A stretch of 64,000 nucleotides of DNA from Eledone cirrhosa (taxonomy: Eukaryota). The stretch's first letter is position 1, and every line of letters starts with the position of its first letter. This document shows, piece by piece, positions 58,428 through 64,000 of the stretch. The notes beneath the pieces are model-generated. The model was not told where the DNA came from and ran no database searches. It saw only the letters and a program-made list of their open reading frames with translations. The translations under genes were made by a program, and so were the position numbers. The stretch lies in NCBI GenBank assembly GCA_964016885.1, contig OZ024762.1:10974001-11038000 (forward strand), written 5' to 3'.

Positions 58428-58890
58428 GACCTACACCCCACCCCACAGACACCTCTTCCTGAACATGCAACCCCGTTCTTCCCCCAACCTTGCTTTCACA
58501 TACACACACACACGTACACCTACACACACACACCACTTTCAGCCCTCCCGCTCGGACACCCCGTCTCCCACTCCCCACTCCACCCGCCACCACCCCTACA
58601 CGCCCCACACCCTTCCACCACATGTTTTACTCCATGCGTATTTTTAATTTTATTTTGATCATGCCTTTATTTTTAATTTCATTTGCACCGTTTCCTCTCA
58701 CCCCCTTTTTTCTATATGTCTCTCCACCACTCCCCTACACACCCTTGGAACTCTCTTCCCACACACTTTTCACCTAAAGAAGGGCTTATGCCCGAAACGT
58801 CGTTCCCCACCACACCCCACTCTCAAGCGCGTGAAACTAATAAACCTTTTGTTCGTACTGCCTCTCTGTTTTGTTCCCGTTCAATTTTTT
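58428..58890 (+). mobile_element. Penelope-like 3' fragment with hammerhead-like motif; inverted diverged copy at 62812-63275
   Basis: The two ~460-bp segments are reverse-complement homologues. Motif is C(T)GAAGA A GGGY TTAT GCCC GAAAC GTC, intact CTGAAGA in the 62910-62935 copy. Both end in (TA)n. Confidence 0.6.
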
Positions 58891-58958
<68 letters not shown>

Positions 58959-59160
58959 GGTTATATATTATATAATATATAAAAGGGTATGAATATTTCA
59001 ACAGGTACTAAGTACCCACAGAAATATGCATGGTGTTTATAATAGTTGTGGTTCGATGGTACTAATTTGAGATACCAGAACTATAAAATGAGCGGAACAA
59101 GAAATCATCAAACAATCTTTTAAATAAATTAAAAAACGATTTAAATATTCAGCTGTTCTA

Positions 59161-59242
59161 TTGCCGTTACCGACGGTTTCACTAATCAAAAGATTGGAAA
59201 TTCAGAGAACTTCCAATGAAAGATTAGATCTTCAGACAGCTA
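59161..59242 (-). ncRNA. Type I hammerhead ribozyme with long helix II
   Basis: Minus strand: GCUGU-CUGAAGA-U CUAAUC..AUUGGAAG UUCUCUGAA UUUCCAAU..GAUUAG U-GAA-ACC GUC GGU-A/ACGGC. Confidence 0.75.
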
Positions 59243-59311
59243 TTTCCATACTATAAGGGTATAAAGCCTCATAGTAAGAGAATATATCGCTTCCTGCCCG
59301 TTGATACATAC

Positions 59312-59387
<76 letters not shown>

Positions 59388-59493
59388 TACATATTATATA
59401 TATATATAGATACATATTATATATATATATATATAGATACATATTATATATATATATATATAGATACATATTATATATTATATATATAGATAC

Positions 59494-59531
<38 letters not shown>

Positions 59532-59532
59532 C

Positions 59533-59603
<71 letters not shown>

Positions 59604-59671
59604 CATATTATATATATATATATATATATATACATACATATTATATATATATATATATAATATATACATAC

Positions 59672-59717
<46 letters not shown>

Positions 59718-59729
59718 ATACATACATAT

Positions 59730-59760
<31 letters not shown>

Positions 59761-59773
59761 GGGGGGAGACGGG

Positions 59774-59809
<36 letters not shown>

Positions 59810-60102
59810 CAGGCAGATAGATAAATAGATAGATAGGTAGGTAGATCGTCAGTAGGTTGATAGACAGATTTATCATAAACATTGTTTACATACTAATGTT
59901 TGTCTAAAAAGTCAGTGTTTTCAAGTAGCAACAGGGCTGATGATATTAAGGAATGATGGAAACTCTGGCTAAATGCGAGAACAGTTCTTCTTACATAGCA
60001 ACCATAACTAAACATAGAACAACATTTACTGAAGGTTATTAAGATTGGCGAAAATCCGAGGTATGTCATCTTATTTTGGCTATCAGTTCAGCCTTGGCCT
60101 AA

Positions 60103-60133
<31 letters not shown>

Positions 60134-61698
60134 TGTATGTATGTATGTGTGTATGTGTGTATGAAGGTATGTATGTATGTGTGTATGTGTGTATGTGTGT
60201 ATGTCTGTGTGTATGTATGAAGGTATGTATGTATGTATGTGTATGTGTGTGTGTATGAAGTATGATATATGGAAGAAGATAGAACAAAAGACAAAGATGA
60301 GGGGGTGGAGAAGAAGAAGAAGAAGAAGAAGAAGAAGAAGAAGAAGAAGAAGAAGAAGAAGAAGAAGCTAGAATGTGATACAGCAGAGAGAAAAAAATAT
60401 ATCTATTGCTGATGTTTGGTAGATTGTGTTACTGAGAGTTATAGTATGATGGAAAGGCTGCTTGTTGTTATGGTGGTGGTTGTTGTTGTTGTGGTTGTTT
60501 TTGTTGTTGTGGTTGTTGGTGTTATGGTAGTTGTTGTGGTGGTTGTTGGTGTTATGGTGGTTGTTGTTGTGGTGGTTGTTGTTGTGGTTGTTTTTGTTGT
60601 TGTGGTTGTTGGTGTTATGGTGGTTGTTGTGGTTGTTGTTGGTGTTATGGTGGTTGTTGTTGTGGTTGTTGTTGTGGTGGTTGTTTTTGTTGTTGTGGTT
60701 GTTGGTGTTATGGTGGTTGTTGTTGTGGTTGTTGTTGTGGTGGTTGTTTTTGTTGTTGTGGTTGTTGGTGTTATGGTGGTTGTTGTGGTGGTTGTTGGTG
60801 TTATGGTGGTTGTTGTTGTGGTTGTTGTTGTGGTTGTGGTTGGTGTTATGGTGGTTGTTGTTGTGGTTGTTGTTGTGGTTGTGGTTGTTGTTATGGTGGT
60901 TGTTGTGATTGTTGTTGTTGTTGTGGTTGGTGTTGTGGTGGTTGTTTTTTCTGGTCGTTGTTGTTATTGTGGTTGTTGGGAATGTTGTTGTGGTTTTGTT
61001 GTTATGGTTGTTGTCGTTGTTGTTATGGTTGTTGTTGTTGTGGTTGTTGTTATGGCTCTGTCATTTGGTCGTTTAACCATATCAACAACTTCATAACTTT
61101 TCTTTGTGTAACCCCTGCTTAAATACAAAATACTGCCTAAAGTGCCACACCAGCTTAAGTTACGATTAAGCAACAACAACGCAGTGACATTGCGGAAATG
61201 CGCATAATAGAAATAAATATAATTATGTAATAACACAACACTGTTTAGCGTTCATTTGTATAACGATACACCGTGGTGTATACGAGATCTCCCATATCAC
61301 TGGTGGATACGTACAACCGATGTGGTGTTGTAGTTTATGAATTGAGATGGGGCAATCGCAACCCTTCTGGCATTTTTAAAAAGAAAGTTAGGACTCCTTC
61401 ATAGCTATGGGACAGACCTCGGACTAACCTATTACGTGAGAGTATAGCTGTTACTCATTACTCGGACCAGTAAACTTGATTTATTTCTACCTGTCGAAAT
61501 AGATGTACCGTTTAAACTATATATATATATATTGTTATACTTTGGGAGGGTCATGTTGCCAATAAGAAACACACGCACCAGTTGCTTTCACTTCAATTTA
61601 TTATAATAAATTGGCAACATGACCCTCCCAAAGTATAACAATATCGGTTTCAACACACGATTTCAGATAAAGAATCTTGCTAAACAAATTCAGAAACG

Positions 61699-61743
<45 letters not shown>

Positions 61744-61865
61744 AGAAAGTATGGGTTGAGCTCTGCCGTCGGGGTCATACTTTCTCCTATTACCCACTCT
61801 ACTACCCTACGTATTGAGTACTCTGGTGCGTTATGGTCCATCTGGTTCCTTACCACAACTCCTCC

Positions 61866-61915
<50 letters not shown>

Positions 61916-62120
61916 GGCGTGTGGCTACAGAATTGGATTCGTAATCGTGAGGTTGTGAGTTCGATTCCTGGACCTCACGATGCGTTATGTCCTTGAGCAA
62001 GACACTTTATTTCACTCTGCTCCTTCTATCTGGAGTTGCGACCAATAGAGAGTATTAGCAATTGGAAAGACTAATGGAAACGTTGTTTCCTCGGACCGAT
62101 TTGACGAAAGTCGATCGCTC

Positions 62121-62165
<45 letters not shown>

Positions 62166-62477
62166 ATGTTGAAAAGGTAACACACTAGAGAGAGATACAG
62201 TGCGCTATTAATAAAACAGGGAAAAACCACCACTGTATGGAATCTATAACCTATGAAAGGCAGAGTATAGACACGATAATTAAAAATATAAATTAAAGCG
62301 TAAATAAATACCTCTATAACTATATAACACACGTACAAATCCAATTCATAGTGGTGGGTTTTCCCTGTTTTATTGATGGGCACAGTATCTCTCTCTAGTG
62401 TGTTACCTTTTCAACAAATTATATTTTAAAGAGCTCAGGATTTCCTCTCCTTTGAGCACATTATTTACAGGGAACGG

Positions 62478-62516
<39 letters not shown>

Positions 62517-62579
62517 GTATGTATGTATATATATGTGAATACACTCACACACACATAGATATAGTTTATTATCTATCTA

Positions 62580-62632
<53 letters not shown>

Positions 62633-63170
62633 CGAAGGAAATGTGGTAAGGAACCAGGTGGACCATAACGCACCAAAGTACTCAATACTTAAGGTAGTAG
62701 AGTGGGTAATAGGAACGAGTAGGACCTCGACGGCTGAGCTCAGAATTAGCCGTCGAAACGGCTTGAGCTCAGCCGTCGGGGTCCTACTCGTTCCTATATA
62801 TATATATATATATATAGTAAAAAATTGAACGGGAACAAAACAGAGAGGCAGTACGAACAAAGGTTTATTAGTTTCACGCTCTTGAGAGTGACGTGGTGGT
62901 GGGGAACGACGTTTCGGGCATAAACCCTTCTTCAGGTGAAAAGTGTGTGGGAAGAGAGTTCCAAGGGTGTGTAGGGGAGTGGTGGAGAGACATATAGAAA
63001 AAAGGGGGTGAGAGGAAACGGTACAAATGAAATTAAATATAAAAGCATGATCAAAATAAAAATAAACATGAAGTAAAACAGGTGGTGGAAGGGTGTGGGA
63101 CGTGTAGGGGTGTGGGGCGGGTGGGGTGGGGAGAGGGAGGCGGGGTGTCCGAGCGGGGAGGGCTGAAGGT

Positions 63171-63214
<44 letters not shown>

Positions 63215-63295
63215 AAAGTAAGAGTTGGGGGAAGAACGGGGTTGCATGTTCAGGAAAAGGTGTGTGTGGGGTGATACACACACTAAAAAAAAAAA

Positions 63296-63573
63296 AGTCT
63301 GTCTTAAGCCAGAAGGCTCATTTGGCCGGCCGGTGCTTATCCCCGGTTTCATGGCGTGAAGCGACTGAGAGAACAAGACTCCCCCCTGGACAGGACGCCA
63401 GTCCATCGCAGGGTTAAACCTCCAGCCATTGCTGGTACTCATTTTCAGCTGAGTAAACTGGAGCAACGTGAAATGAAGTGTTTTGCTCAAGAACACAACA
63501 CGCAGCTGAGGAATCGAACCCACGACATTATGATCGTAAGTCCAACACTCTTACCACTAGGCCACGTGCCTCC
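63296..63573 (-). mobile_element. Second tRNA-derived SINE family (CORE-like); partial copy at 61913-62030 (+)
   Basis: Minus strand has TGGCCTAGTGG (A box), GGTTCGATTCC (B box), then tgtgttcttgagcaaaacactt resembling the CORE domain. Confidence 0.8.
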
Positions 63574-64000
63574 ACTGATACACACACACCCCCACACACA
63601 CACACACACACAGATATATATATATTCTCATATATATATATATGAGAATATATTAAATGTAGAAATGCTCGAGTTATGGAGATGAGCATGAGGCATAAAA
63701 CGTGAGTTGTGAGGATATCTGGGGTAACTTACTGAAGTGCTTTGATGCTAGTCAAAATATCGTGGAATCTTATCGTCAACCCTACACCACCTCCACCACC
63801 ACCACCACCACCACCTCCACCACCATCACCACCACCTCCAGCACCACCATCACCACCACCACCATCACCACCACCTCCACCACCACCACCACCACCAATA
63901 ATAACAATAACATCAGATATTCTATGTGTAAAACAGACATAAATGCATATTAATGAATTGTCTACCTGCGTTATTGTTGCTCTGGTAATAGTAGTAGTAG

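Noticed and set aside
58428-63275. A single 4.8-kb DNA transposon with 460-bp TIRs
   Set aside because: The arms are visibly diverged, each ends in (TA)n on its inner side like other retro-fragments, and no transposase lies between them; independent insertions are simpler.

Overview
Repeat-saturated, AT-rich animal genomic DNA. The SINE/LINE types and the extreme microsatellite density suggest a coleoid cephalopod such as Octopus; this is inference. I can support one protein-coding gene, on the minus strand: a PLAAT/HRASLS (LRAT, permuted NlpC/P60) family gene. A large coding exon (49354-48767) most plausibly splices across a ~41.4 kb intron to a terminal exon I read by eye (7363-7205), which the ORF track missed. 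Its catalytic NCEHF cysteine is replaced by valine (NVEHY), suggesting a pseudoenzyme. The most striking signal is non-coding. A near-identical 476-bp tandem array (35137-38551) plus an inverted arm (38548-39140) carries a minimal type I hammerhead ribozyme with a palindromic helix III, and an octamer motif, in every full unit. This is a retrozyme-like concatemer, and its tandem arm is sense to the host pre-mRNA. More than a dozen other hammerhead or hammerhead-like motifs, from several Penelope-like families, are scattered across the window, mostly as fold-back insertions in (TA)n. All long ORFs in the ORF track except the PLAAT exon and the LINE remnant are by-products of tandem repeats. All ribozyme folds were made by eye and are not computed.
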